Positions 8,045 through 16,365 of a DNA stretch of 34,379 bases are shown piece after piece; within the stretch, counting starts at the first letter, position 1; each line of letters starts with the position of its first letter. The translations under genes and the position numbers were made by a program. Under the pieces are notes generated by a model. That model was not told where the DNA came from, did no database searches, and was given only the letters and a program-made list of their open reading frames with translations. This DNA comes from a virus (taxonomy: Duplodnaviria > Heunggongvirae > Uroviricota > Caudoviricetes). The stretch is from the IMG/VR virus record IMGVR_UViG_2778261181_000004; one strand, written 5' to 3'.

Positions 8045-8413
8045 CTACTTGGTGGTATTTGCCTTCGATGAGGCAAGATAGGCATCAAGATCACTTTTTA
8101 GGTAAATAACCTTTCTACCGATTTTTAAAAAAGGTATTCGAACTTTTCCTGTGCTAGCCCAATTAGCTAAGGTTTGCGCTTCTACGCCGATATAGGCTGC
8201 GGCGTCTTCTCTATTCATTTTTTCATGTTGTTCTGACAGAATACTCGTTGCTTCAAAATCAAAGCCCAGCCTTTCAAAGGCATAGATAATAGAGCCCAAA
8301 GCCATTTGTTTAACTGTTCTGTAGTTACTGCTTTCAACTTGGCTTAATGCAGTTTTTGCTGCTTCAATCACCACAAGCCAGGCATCTCGTTGGTTGTCGA
8401 TACTGCCATCCAT
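8045..8413 (-). CDS. DNA-binding protein with C-terminal excisionase/MerR-type helix-turn-helix; first gene left of the repressor
   Basis: ATG 8413 with GGAGA RBS; C-terminal AAAYIGVEAQTLANWASTGKVRIPFLKIGRKVIYLKSDLDAYL resembles HTH_17-type DNA-binding domains. Confidence 0.55.
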   Translation of the reverse strand: MDGSIDNQRDAWLVVIEAAKTALSQVESSNYRTVKQMALGSIIYAFERLGFDFEATSILSEQHEKMNREDAAAYIGVEAQTLANWASTGKVRIPFLKIGRKVIYLKSDLDAYLASSKANTTK

Positions 8414-8419
8414 ATTCAC

Positions 8420-8591
8420 TCTCCTGCCATGTGCGAATCATCCGGTCATTCATACGCCACCGTCGGCTACTTCGTGGGCGTCCTGCCTGTTCGTTATCTT
8501 TGATATAAAAATCTAACTTAACTTAGTTTTGATGGCAAGAGAAAACACCAAACTTTTCTTAGTTCGGTGTTTTGGTTAGAGAAAAGGGGGG
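8420..8591. promoter_or_regulatory. Left operator/promoter region (oL/pL analogue) with a hairpin just downstream of the repressor gene
   Basis: CTAACTTAACTTAG at 8493-8506 is 11/14 identical to the oR-side site; CTTAGTT copies at 8502-8508 and 8538-8544; imperfect hairpin AACACCAAAC...GTTCGGTGTT at about 8524-8552. Confidence 0.4.
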
Positions 8592-9218
8592 CTAGAGTTC
8601 GTATTGAACTCCTTTGACTACACCAATGATGAGGCAATTACCATTGATCGGGATGTTGGGGTACCGGGGATTTAATGGCACTAAAAACTTTTGAGGGCCA
8701 TCGATAACTAATTTTTTTACTGTGGCTTCGTTTGTTCCATCAAGTCTAGCGATGACTATTTTTCCATGCCGGGGTTCTGCATCAGGATCTACAATCACTG
8801 TTGCGCCTTCTGGTATTGTTGGGAGGCCGTTAGGGTTAGTCATGGAGTCGCCTTTAACCTCCAATGCAAATGAGTTATCACCAATCTTTAATGATGTATC
8901 TACCCACTTGTCTACTTCACTAAACACTTCTGCTGTCCTGCACTCAGTAAACTGCCCAGCCTGAACCCACGAGATTACAGGAACTCTGCGCATGTTTGTG
9001 ACGAGTTTGCCTTCAAACTCCGCACCATAAAGAATGTAATCTATTGACGTATTGAAGAACTTCGCTAATTTTGAAAGTGCTTCCCCACCAGGGACATTGA
9101 TGTCTTTCTCCCAGTACCCCACAGCAACGTCACTTACTCCACAAAATTTACCCAATTCTTTCTGGGACGTTCTGGTAACTCTTCTCAGAGCTTTTATACG
9201 CTGACCAACCGTTTCCAT
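8592..9218 (-). CDS. cI-like prophage repressor (N-terminal HTH plus C-terminal S24 LexA-like autopeptidase domain)
   Basis: N-terminal HTH (QKELGKFCGVSDVAVGYWEK); C-terminal domain with GDSM active-site Ser motif; divergent from a cro-like gene. Confidence 0.85.
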   Translation of the reverse strand: METVGQRIKALRRVTRTSQKELGKFCGVSDVAVGYWEKDINVPGGEALSKLAKFFNTSIDYILYGAEFEGKLVTNMRRVPVISWVQAGQFTECRTAEVFSEVDKWVDTSLKIGDNSFALEVKGDSMTNPNGLPTIPEGATVIVDPDAEPRHGKIVIARLDGTNEATVKKLVIDGPQKFLVPLNPRYPNIPINGNCLIIGVVKGVQYEL

Positions 9219-9315
9219 AGGAGCACCATTTCTTTAATTACTAAGTAATCTTAGTTTTTATTGACCTAAGATAGATTGATAATTAACATCTAATAAAACT
9301 TAGTTTGGAGGGCAT
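9219..9315. promoter_or_regulatory. Right operator/promoter region (oR / pR / pRM analogue)
   Basis: Inverted repeat ACTAAGTAATCTTAGT at 9240-9255; CTTAGTT copies at 9250-9256 and 9299-9305; candidate -35 TTGACC (9261-9266) and -10 TAACAT (9284-9289); GGAGGG RBS before the cro-like ATG. Confidence 0.5.
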
Positions 9316-9516
9316 ATGACGACTGACGATATCGAAAGCTACTTCGGCAGCATTGAGAAAGTTGCTGCTTTTTTCGGCATAACAACTGAAGCCGTTTATC
9401 AGTGGCGAAACCGTCCTGGCCAGTTAATTCCAAAAGGACGTGCAGCAGAGGCTGCATATAGAACTTGCGGACGGTTGCCATTTAAACCTGAGCTTTATGA
9501 AAAATCTAATGGATAA
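9316..9516 (+). CDS. Cro-like transcriptional regulator (YdaS-type)
   Basis: 66-aa HTH protein divergent from the repressor; GGAGGG RBS 4 nt upstream. Confidence 0.75.
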   Translation: MTTDDIESYFGSIEKVAAFFGITTEAVYQWRNRPGQLIPKGRAAEAAYRTCGRLPFKPELYEKSNG

Positions 9517-9553
9517 ATCGATTTACAGAAACCACAGATATGAGGGCTTAAAC

Positions 9554-10138
9554 GTGGGTAAAGAACCTGAATGGAAAGTTGATAAGCAACCAGCATGGCT
9601 GGTGGCAGCAATACGAAGAACGATTGCTGATTTACCTCATGGCTATGAGGAAGCAGCAGAAATTCTTGGTTTGTATAAATCTGATGATATCACCCCAGCA
9701 AAAGATCAATTGCATAACAGACTGCGTAGCGGTGGGGATCAAATTTTTCCACTTGAGTGGGCCATGGTTTTACAGGATGCCAGTGGTACCAGGCATGTAA
9801 CGGATGCAATAGCCCGTCGTAGTAATGGGGTGTTTGTGCCGCTGGTGGTCATTGATGACATTGACAATGGTGACATTAATCAGCGGCTGATGGAGTCAAT
9901 AGAATGGATTGGCAAGCATTCCCAGTACTTACGCAAGGCAACTGCTGATGGAGTTATTGACCAAGCTGAGCGTGAGCAAATCGAAGAGAACAGCTACCAA
10001 GTAATGGCGAAGTGGCAGGAGCATTTAACACTGTTATTTCGTGTTTTTTGTGCGCCGGAAAAGAGTAACGCCCGCGAGTGTGCAGCTCCGGGCGTCGTGG
10101 CGTCGATTGCTTCTGGTTGTGGAGAAACTAACGCATGA
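9554..10138 (+). CDS. CII-like regulatory protein (phage CP76 / YdaT-type family)
   Basis: Immediately downstream of the cro-like gene; preferred start GTG 9554 with GAGGG RBS 8 nt upstream (alternative ATGs at 9497 and 9509; ORF-track start 9440 overlaps cro). Confidence 0.6.
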   Translation: MGKEPEWKVDKQPAWLVAAIRRTIADLPHGYEEAAEILGLYKSDDITPAKDQLHNRLRSGGDQIFPLEWAMVLQDASGTRHVTDAIARRSNGVFVPLVVIDDIDNGDINQRLMESIEWIGKHSQYLRKATADGVIDQAEREQIEENSYQVMAKWQEHLTLLFRVFCAPEKSNARECAAPGVVASIASGCGETNA

Positions 10139-10473
10139 ACAGTTTAACAACACACTACCGTCGTTCGCAACTGATTGCGCTTCCTGTACCGGGTGGAAAA
10201 GCGAAGGTGGAATATTGCTATGCAGTGAATGTACCAGGTGACAGGGAAATTGTAACCCACAGCTTTGCAGAGTGGGCTGTGGGTGATTTCAACCGGCAGA
10301 AGGAGACAGTCCTTTGCGACAAGTTAACCGCTGGTTCAAAGATCACTACGGAGTGCCCGTCAGAGTCATTCGTTGGGAGCCGGAAACACAACGGGTTATC
10401 TACCTCCGTGAAGGCTATGAACATGAGTGCTTCAGCCCGCTCGAACAGTTTCGTCGTAAATTCAGGGAAATAG
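10135..10473 (+). CDS. Hypothetical protein between the cII-like and O-like genes; C-terminal third may be out of frame
   Basis: ATGA overlap with the upstream stop; ends 10 nt before the O-like start; a second frame (TTG 10314, AAGGAG RBS, to 10526) encodes more protein-like sequence. Confidence 0.4.
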   Translation: MNSLTTHYRRSQLIALPVPGGKAKVEYCYAVNVPGDREIVTHSFAEWAVGDFNRQKETVLCDKLTAGSKITTECPSESFVGSRKHNGLSTSVKAMNMSASARSNSFVVNSGK

Positions 10474-10482
10474 AGGTCGGTC

Positions 10483-11475
10483 ATGAGCCTGTTAATGACA
10501 TCCCAGCCCATTGTGATAAATCGTGATCTTGCATGCCGTATTGGTCTGAATGAGGCAATTGTGTTGCAGCAGCTTCATTACTGGCTGAATGAAACGAATT
10601 CCGGCACTGAGCATGGCGGAATTCGCTGGGTTTATAACACGACAGAACAGTGGCTGGAGCAGTTTCCGTTCTGGTCAGAGTCCACTCTGAAACGCACATT
10701 TGCAAGCCTGAAATCACTTGGGGTTTTGCGTCGCGAGCAACTCAATAAATCGAAGCGTGACATGACCAACTTCTACACGATCAACTATGAAAGTGAGCTT
10801 CTAGAAGAGGTCAAAGTGAACGAATCCATCAGGTCAAAATGCACTTCTCCATCGGGTCAAAGTGACCTGATGGATGGGCGCAAAATGACACGATCCATTG
10901 GTTCAAAACGACACGCTGTCATCGGGTCAAAATGGCCCAATGATCTTACAGAGAATACAACAGAGATTACTACAGAGAATAAAACCTCTTCTCGTCCGGA
11001 CGCTTCGCAACCGGACACGCAGATGGCTGAACAGGATTTTTTAACTCGCCATCCTGATGCGGTTGTATTCAGCCCTAAAAAGCGCCAGTGGGGAACGCAG
11101 GATGATTTGACCTGCGCACAGTGGCTCTGGAAAAAAATCATCGCTCTGTACGAGCAGGCCGCCGAATGTGACGGCGAAGTGGTACGTCCTAAAGAACCGA
11201 ACTGGACAGCCTGGGCAAACGAAATTCGCCTGATGTGTGTACAGGATGGGCGTACTCACAAACAAATCTGCGAGATGTACAGCCGCGTCAGCCGCGATCC
11301 GTTCTGGTGCCGTAACGTGCTCAGCCCGTCGAAGCTGCGGGAAAAATGGGATGAGCTTTCCCTGCGCTTATCGCCGTCCGTCAGCACGCACACAGAAAAA
11401 CGCGAAGACCCGTACTTCAAAGCCAGTTACGACAATGTGGACTACAGCCAGATCCCGGCAGGATTCAGGGGGTGA
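10483..11475 (+). CDS. Replication initiation protein, lambda O-like, with the origin embedded in the gene
   Basis: Position after the cII-like gene; internal iteron array and adjacent AT-rich tract; AGAGG RBS. Confidence 0.7.
   Translation: MSLLMTSQPIVINRDLACRIGLNEAIVLQQLHYWLNETNSGTEHGGIRWVYNTTEQWLEQFPFWSESTLKRTFASLKSLGVLRREQLNKSKRDMTNFYTINYESELLEEVKVNESIRSKCTSPSGQSDLMDGRKMTRSIGSKRHAVIGSKWPNDLTENTTEITTENKTSSRPDASQPDTQMAEQDFLTRHPDAVVFSPKKRQWGTQDDLTCAQWLWKKIIALYEQAAECDGEVVRPKEPNWTAWANEIRLMCVQDGRTHKQICEMYSRVSRDPFWCRNVLSPSKLREKWDELSLRLSPSVSTHTEKREDPYFKASYDNVDYSQIPAGFRG
10805..10940 (+). repeat. Origin iterons: about six direct repeats of a GGTCAAA(A/G)TG-type core
   Basis: Cores at about 10809, 10830, 10855, 10878, 10901 and 10925 (spacing 21-25 bp), followed by an AT-rich ACAGAGA-repeat tract at 10941-10990. 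Confidence 0.6.
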
Positions 11476-11477
11476 TC

Positions 11478-11966
11478 ATGAGTCTTTTGAATGAAGCTCA
11501 GAAATTCATTGAAGCCCATCCGGGGTGTACTTCCGGAGACATTGCGGATGCTTTTGCAGGTTACTCACGGCAGCGCGTTCTGCAGTCAGCAAGCAAGTTA
11601 CGTCAGAGTGGGCGTGTGGCTCACCGTTGTGAAGGAGATACACGCAGACATTTCCCACGCCTGACTGAGAGAGCGCAGGAGCCGGAACCACAACCAGTTC
11701 GTGAAACCAGACCTGTGCGCAATTTCTATGTCGGCACTAACGATCCCCGGGTGATTTTGTGCCTGACCCGCCAGGCTGAAGAACTGGAGTCCAAGGGCTT
11801 ATACCGTCGTGCTGCAACCGTGTGGATGGCGGCATTCCGTGAAAGCCACTCCCAGTCAGAACGAAACAATTTTCTGGCGCGCCGTGAGCGGTGCTTACGG
11901 AAAAGCAGCAAGCGCGCTGCATCGGGTGAAGAGTGGTATCTGTCAGGGAATTACGTGGGGGCTTAA
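11478..11966 (+). CDS. YfdN-like protein; C-terminal region resembles PerC/ANR-type regulators (tentative)
   Basis: ATG 11478 after AGGGGGTG, overlapping the O-like stop; C-terminal LTRQAEELESKGLYRRAATVWMAAF motif; sits where lambda P would be. Confidence 0.5.
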   Translation: MSLLNEAQKFIEAHPGCTSGDIADAFAGYSRQRVLQSASKLRQSGRVAHRCEGDTRRHFPRLTERAQEPEPQPVRETRPVRNFYVGTNDPRVILCLTRQAEELESKGLYRRAATVWMAAFRESHSQSERNNFLARRERCLRKSSKRAASGEEWYLSGNYVGA

Positions 11967-12619
11967 TGAGTAATAAATATTGCCAGGCGCTGGTGGAACT
12001 GCGGAACAAACCAGCCCATGAACTGAAGGAAGTGGGCGATCAGTGGCGCACGCCGGACAACATTTTCTGGGGAATTAACACCCTGTTTGGCCCGTTTGTT
12101 CTGGATCTGTTCACTGACGGTGATAACGCCAAATGTGCCGCGTATTACACGGCGGAAGATAACGCGCTGGCGCATGACTGGTCAGAACGTCTTGCGGAGC
12201 TTAAAGGTGCTGCCTTTGGTAATCCCCCATACAGCCGCGCCAGTCAGCATGAGGGGCAATACATCACCGGCATGCGTTACATCATGAAACATACCAGTGC
12301 CATGCGTGATAAGGGCGGGCGCTATGTTTTCCTGATCAAAGCTGCCACCAGCGAAGTGTGGTGGCCGGAAGATGCGGACCATATTGCTTTTATTCGCGGG
12401 CGTATTGGTTTTGAACTGCCTGCCTGGTTTATCCCGAAGGATGAGAAGCAGGTGCCGACAGGAGCTTTCTTCGCTGGTGCTATTGCTGTTTTCGACAAGA
12501 CCTGGAAGGGACCGGCAATCAGCTACATCGGGCGCGATGAACTTGAGGCATGTGGTGAAGCCTTTCTGGTGCAGGTTCGCCAGCAGGCGGAAAAACTGGT
12601 CAGGGAGATGGCAGCATGA
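11966..12619 (+). CDS. Phage Dam-like N6-adenine DNA methyltransferase
   Basis: Catalytic NPPY motif (FGNPPYS); TAATG overlap with the upstream stop; typical nin-region location. Confidence 0.75.
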   Translation: MSNKYCQALVELRNKPAHELKEVGDQWRTPDNIFWGINTLFGPFVLDLFTDGDNAKCAAYYTAEDNALAHDWSERLAELKGAAFGNPPYSRASQHEGQYITGMRYIMKHTSAMRDKGGRYVFLIKAATSEVWWPEDADHIAFIRGRIGFELPAWFIPKDEKQVPTGAFFAGAIAVFDKTWKGPAISYIGRDELEACGEAFLVQVRQQAEKLVREMAA

Positions 12620-12942
12620 CGACGTTAACTCAATGCCAGCAGCAGGTGCTGGATATGCTGATTTCTTACCAGAAAGAACGTGGCTTCCCGCCAACCAATC
12701 AGGAGGTGGCAACCATGCTGGGATACCGTTCAGTGAATGCAGCGGTGGAGCATCTTCGCGCACTGGAGAAAAAAGGCGTCATTACGATAAAGCGTGGCGT
12801 GGCCCGGGGGATAACGCTTCATACCGCAGTGAAGGACGACGACAGAGAGGCGGTCGGGATTATCCGCTCACTGCTTGCCGGTGAGGAAAACGCAAGGCTG
12901 CGTGCAACCCACTGGTTACATGAGAGGGACCTGAAAGTATGA
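12616..12942 (+). CDS. LexA DNA-binding-domain-like protein lacking the S24 autopeptidase domain
   Basis: N-terminal 70 aa (QQQVLDMLISYQKERGFPPTNQEVATMLGYRSVNAAVEHLRALEKKGVI) closely parallels the LexA N-terminal winged helix; protein ends after about 108 aa. Confidence 0.7.
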   Translation: MTTLTQCQQQVLDMLISYQKERGFPPTNQEVATMLGYRSVNAAVEHLRALEKKGVITIKRGVARGITLHTAVKDDDREAVGIIRSLLAGEENARLRATHWLHERDLKV

Positions 12943-13328
12943 AGCTGATCCTGCCTTTTCCGCCCAGCGTGAACACGTACTGGCGACATCCCAACAAAGG
13001 GGCGTTTGCTGGTAAGAGCCTGATAAGCGCGGCGGGGCGAAAATTCCAGAGCGCGGCGTGCGCAGCAATAGTTGAGCAGTTACGTCGTCTGCCAAAACCA
13101 ACGTCGGCACCTGCTTCAGTGGAGATCGTGTTGTTTCCTCCGGATAACCGGATCCGCGATCTGGACAACTATAACAAGGCGCTGTTTGACGCCCTGACCC
13201 ACGCGGGTGTGTGGGAAGACGACAGTCAGGTGAAAAGAATGCTGGTGGAGTGGGGACCGGTTATCCCGGAAGGGAAGGTCGAGATCACCATCAGTAAGTA
13301 CGAGAAAACGGCGGGTGCAGCCGCCTGA
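12939..13328 (+). CDS. rusA: RusA-family Holliday junction resolvase
   Basis: ATGA overlap with the upstream gene; motif pattern LPFPPSVNTYWRH ... DLDNYNKALFDALT ... WEDDSQV matches RusA. Confidence 0.8.
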   Translation: MKLILPFPPSVNTYWRHPNKGAFAGKSLISAAGRKFQSAACAAIVEQLRRLPKPTSAPASVEIVLFPPDNRIRDLDNYNKALFDALTHAGVWEDDSQVKRMLVEWGPVIPEGKVEITISKYEKTAGAAA

Positions 13329-13347
13329 TCAAGAGGAGAAACGAAGT

Positions 13348-14157
13348 ATGAATAATCTGATGGTCATTGATGGTATTGAAGTTCGTCGTGATGCTTATGG
13401 GCGTTACAGCCTGAACGATCTGCACAGGGCTGCCGGGGGAGAACAAAAAAACCGCCCGAAATACTGGCTCTCCAATAAGCAAACCTGTGAATTGATTGAA
13501 CAACTTTTCACCGAGGGTGGAATTCCGCCTCTGGAACAAAATCAACCAGTTAGCGTCATTAATGGCGGAAATAACCAGGGGACGTATGTCTGCAAAGAAC
13601 TGGTGTATGCCTATGCAATGTGGATCAGCCCGTCATTCCATCTGAAGGTGATCCGTACTTTCGACATGGTAACCAGCGCACCGGAAAAATTATCCGGACA
13701 GGCTGCTGACAAGATGCAGGCTGGCGTGATCCTGCTGGACTTTATGCGCCGGGAATTAAATCTGTCTAACTCATCAGTGCTTGGAGCCTGTCAGAAGCTT
13801 CAGGAGGCTGTTGGCTTACCGAATCTGGCACCGCGCTATGCCATTGATGCTCCTGCTGACGCGCCTGATGGCTCAAGTCGCCCCACGCTGTCGCTGAGTG
13901 CACTGCTGAAGCAGTATGGTATCCGCCTGACAGCTAATCAGGCATATCACCAGATGGCGAAGCTGGGGATCGTTGAACAACGTGAACGATACAGCCGCAC
14001 TGCGATTAACAACATCAAAAAATTCTGGTCGCTGACAGCGAAAGGCTGCATGTTCGGCAAAAACATCACCAGTCCCGCAAATCCGCGCGAGACGCAGCCG
14101 CATTTCTTCGAATCCCGATTCCCTGAGCTGTTAAAGCTGCTCGATACCGTTCATTGA
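13348..14157 (+). CDS. KilA-N domain protein (antirepressor-like) with uncharacterised C-terminal domain
   Basis: ATG 13348 with GAGGAG RBS; N-terminal KilA-N-like region MNNLMVIDGIEVRRDAYGRYSLNDL ... ELVYAYAMWISPSFHLKVIRTFD. Confidence 0.6.
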   Translation: MNNLMVIDGIEVRRDAYGRYSLNDLHRAAGGEQKNRPKYWLSNKQTCELIEQLFTEGGIPPLEQNQPVSVINGGNNQGTYVCKELVYAYAMWISPSFHLKVIRTFDMVTSAPEKLSGQAADKMQAGVILLDFMRRELNLSNSSVLGACQKLQEAVGLPNLAPRYAIDAPADAPDGSSRPTLSLSALLKQYGIRLTANQAYHQMAKLGIVEQRERYSRTAINNIKKFWSLTAKGCMFGKNITSPANPRETQPHFFESRFPELLKLLDTVH

Positions 14158-14158
14158 G

Positions 14159-15154
14159 GTGACCGTGAGAGCACTACTGACCCCTGAAATTGCCCCGCGT
14201 ATGGGGATCGTATTGTTCAGGCCAGGTTCAGAGCTGATGCCCCTGTTTATGCAGGGGCGTGTTCTGCTGGAGCCTGAGCCGGAACGTTACTCATCTTTCG
14301 CCAGTGGTGCCGTTCCGGCGGCATCACAACCGCTGGCGGATGATCCTGCCGTTCGGGCCGTGTTCCGCAATGAGGCAGTGATCCGTCGTGCTGGTGGCGT
14401 GGAATGTCTTGAAAGCTGGTTACTTCGTGAAAAAGGCTGCCAGTGGCCTCATTCCGACTGGCACAGCGAGAACATGACCACAATGCGACACGCTCCGGGT
14501 GCAATCCGTCTGTGCTGGCACTGCGATAACCAGCTGCGCGATCAGTTCACGGAACGGCTGGAATCAATGGCAACGGATAACTGTGCCCGCTGGGTGTTGT
14601 CTGTTGTGCGTCGGGATCTCGGTTTTGATGATAGTCACGTTGTGACAATGCCGGAACTGTGCTGGTGGCTGATTCGTAATGATCTGGCGGATGCCTTACC
14701 GGAAAGTGCAGCCCGTAAGGCACTGAGATTACCGAAGCCTGTTGTGCCGTCTGTTACCCGGGAAAGTGACCTTGTGCCTTCGGTTCCTGCCACCAGCATC
14801 ATCCAGGATAAAGTGAAAAAGGTGCTGGCGCTGAAAGTGGATCCGGAGTCGCCGGAGTCTTTTATGTTACGCCCAAAACGTCGCCGCTGGGTTAATGAAA
14901 AGTACACGCGCTGGGTTAAGACACAGCCGTGTGCATGTTGTGGTAAGCCTGCTGATGATCCCCACCACCTGATAGGTCACGGTCAGGGTGGAATGGCTAC
15001 AAAAGCGCATGACCTCTTTGTGTTGCCTTTGTGCAGAAAGCATCACGACGAGCTGCATGCGGATACCGTGGCATTTGAAGAGAAGTATGGCTCCCAGCTG
15101 GAGCTGATATTTCGTTTTATCGATCGTGCGCTGGCAATAGGCGTGCTGGCCTGA
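14159..15154 (+). CDS. DUF968-family nin-region protein with C-terminal HNH/zinc-finger-like motif
   Basis: GTG start 2 nt after the upstream stop; C-terminal CACCGK ... DPHHL ... LPLCRKHHDELH cluster. Confidence 0.55.
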   Translation: MTVRALLTPEIAPRMGIVLFRPGSELMPLFMQGRVLLEPEPERYSSFASGAVPAASQPLADDPAVRAVFRNEAVIRRAGGVECLESWLLREKGCQWPHSDWHSENMTTMRHAPGAIRLCWHCDNQLRDQFTERLESMATDNCARWVLSVVRRDLGFDDSHVVTMPELCWWLIRNDLADALPESAARKALRLPKPVVPSVTRESDLVPSVPATSIIQDKVKKVLALKVDPESPESFMLRPKRRRWVNEKYTRWVKTQPCACCGKPADDPHHLIGHGQGGMATKAHDLFVLPLCRKHHDELHADTVAFEEKYGSQLELIFRFIDRALAIGVLA

Positions 15155-15171
15155 TTTTGTGGAGAAAGTTG

Positions 15172-15543
15172 ATGCGTGATATTCAAATGGTTCTTGAACG
15201 TTGGGGGGCATGGGTGGCAAATAATCACGAGGATGTGGAATGGTCATCTGTTGCTGCAGGTTTTAAGGGATTAATTCCTTCGAAAGTAAAATCCCGCCCG
15301 CAATGTAGCGATGACGATGGCCTGATCATTAGCTCTGCGATGACAGTTCTTAAGAAAAAGGAACCGTATCAATACGAATTACTGGAAATGTATTATGTGT
15401 ATGGGGTTACATTACGGGCGTTGGGGGTAAAACTGGGGATATCACTTAATCAGGTTGTTATCAGACTGCAGAAAGCTGAAGGGTTTATTGACGGTTGTCT
15501 GGCAATGTTGGGGGTATCTTTAGAAATTGATTGTTACATATAG
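15172..15543 (+). CDS. Late-gene antiterminator Q (phage 82/21-type Q family)
   Basis: ATG 15172 with GGAG 7 nt upstream; N-terminus MRDIQMVLERWGAWVANN matches the Q-family start; lies upstream of the lysis cassette. Confidence 0.7.
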   Translation: MRDIQMVLERWGAWVANNHEDVEWSSVAAGFKGLIPSKVKSRPQCSDDDGLIISSAMTVLKKKEPYQYELLEMYYVYGVTLRALGVKLGISLNQVVIRLQKAEGFIDGCLAMLGVSLEIDCYI

Positions 15544-15618
15544 TAATAAATTCAATCAAAGTAAATAATCATATTTTATTATAACCTCCTGATGATACCT
15601 GTTCATTGGGAGGTTATT

Positions 15619-16236
15619 ATGGATAAAAATGTAGAGCATGTATTAGTTGATGCAATTGAAAATAAGCTATCTTTAACAGTCGTTTACTTAGGAGGGAGCC
15701 AGCCCGGAACATTAAGGAATATTTCTCCGATTAGTATAAATGGGGATAAATTGCGGGCAAGATGCCATAGTTCTGGAGCAGTAAAGGTTTTCAATCTTGG
15801 GAAAATACAGTTACCCAGTGACTCCTGCGCGGTATCTATGCACTATGGAGATTTAGAAGTTAAAGCTTATGAGACGATGCAGAGCGTAAATGACAACTTT
15901 CATGCCCTTTATCCTGAAGGACGATGGGGTGTTGATTTTAATGAGCATCGCTTTGCTTTATTTGATTTTTTTAAAAACGGGAAACGAAAAAAAACGGCAT
16001 TTATGGCAATTGAGTTCAGGGAAAGAGATGAAGAGAAAATAATAACAGGTGTAACAATTGATATTGGTATATCTGGAACAGTGATTTCTGAGAAGTCCCG
16101 AATCCCAAAAAGACGACCATGGGTAGTGGTTGGTCCCGAACACGGAGAATACAGTACTTATTCAACTTTGGACAAGGCTGCTACAGCGTTTTTTGAGAGG
16201 CTATCGTTGATAGCATCCGGCCTGGAAGATAATTGA
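15619..16236 (+). CDS. Hypothetical protein, AT-rich moron directly downstream of Q; function unknown
   Basis: ATG 15619 with GGGAGG RBS; 205 aa; composition clearly more AT-rich than flanking genes; no motif recognised. Confidence 0.6.
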   Translation: MDKNVEHVLVDAIENKLSLTVVYLGGSQPGTLRNISPISINGDKLRARCHSSGAVKVFNLGKIQLPSDSCAVSMHYGDLEVKAYETMQSVNDNFHALYPEGRWGVDFNEHRFALFDFFKNGKRKKTAFMAIEFRERDEEKIITGVTIDIGISGTVISEKSRIPKRRPWVVVGPEHGEYSTYSTLDKAATAFFERLSLIASGLEDN

Positions 16237-16365
16237 TTTTATGTTTGGTATTCAGAGTTCGCCGTGCTTAAGAAAGTCAAGATTCTAAAAATACTGAATG
16301 AGCTACTTGTGTTATAACAAAAATGCTATTAGTGTGTTAAGAGTGGTTACTTCGACACACAACTT

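Noticed and set aside
12182-12763. 193-aa ORF on the - strand
   Set aside because: Antisense to the Dam-like and LexA-DBD-like genes, which have clear motifs and coupled starts.
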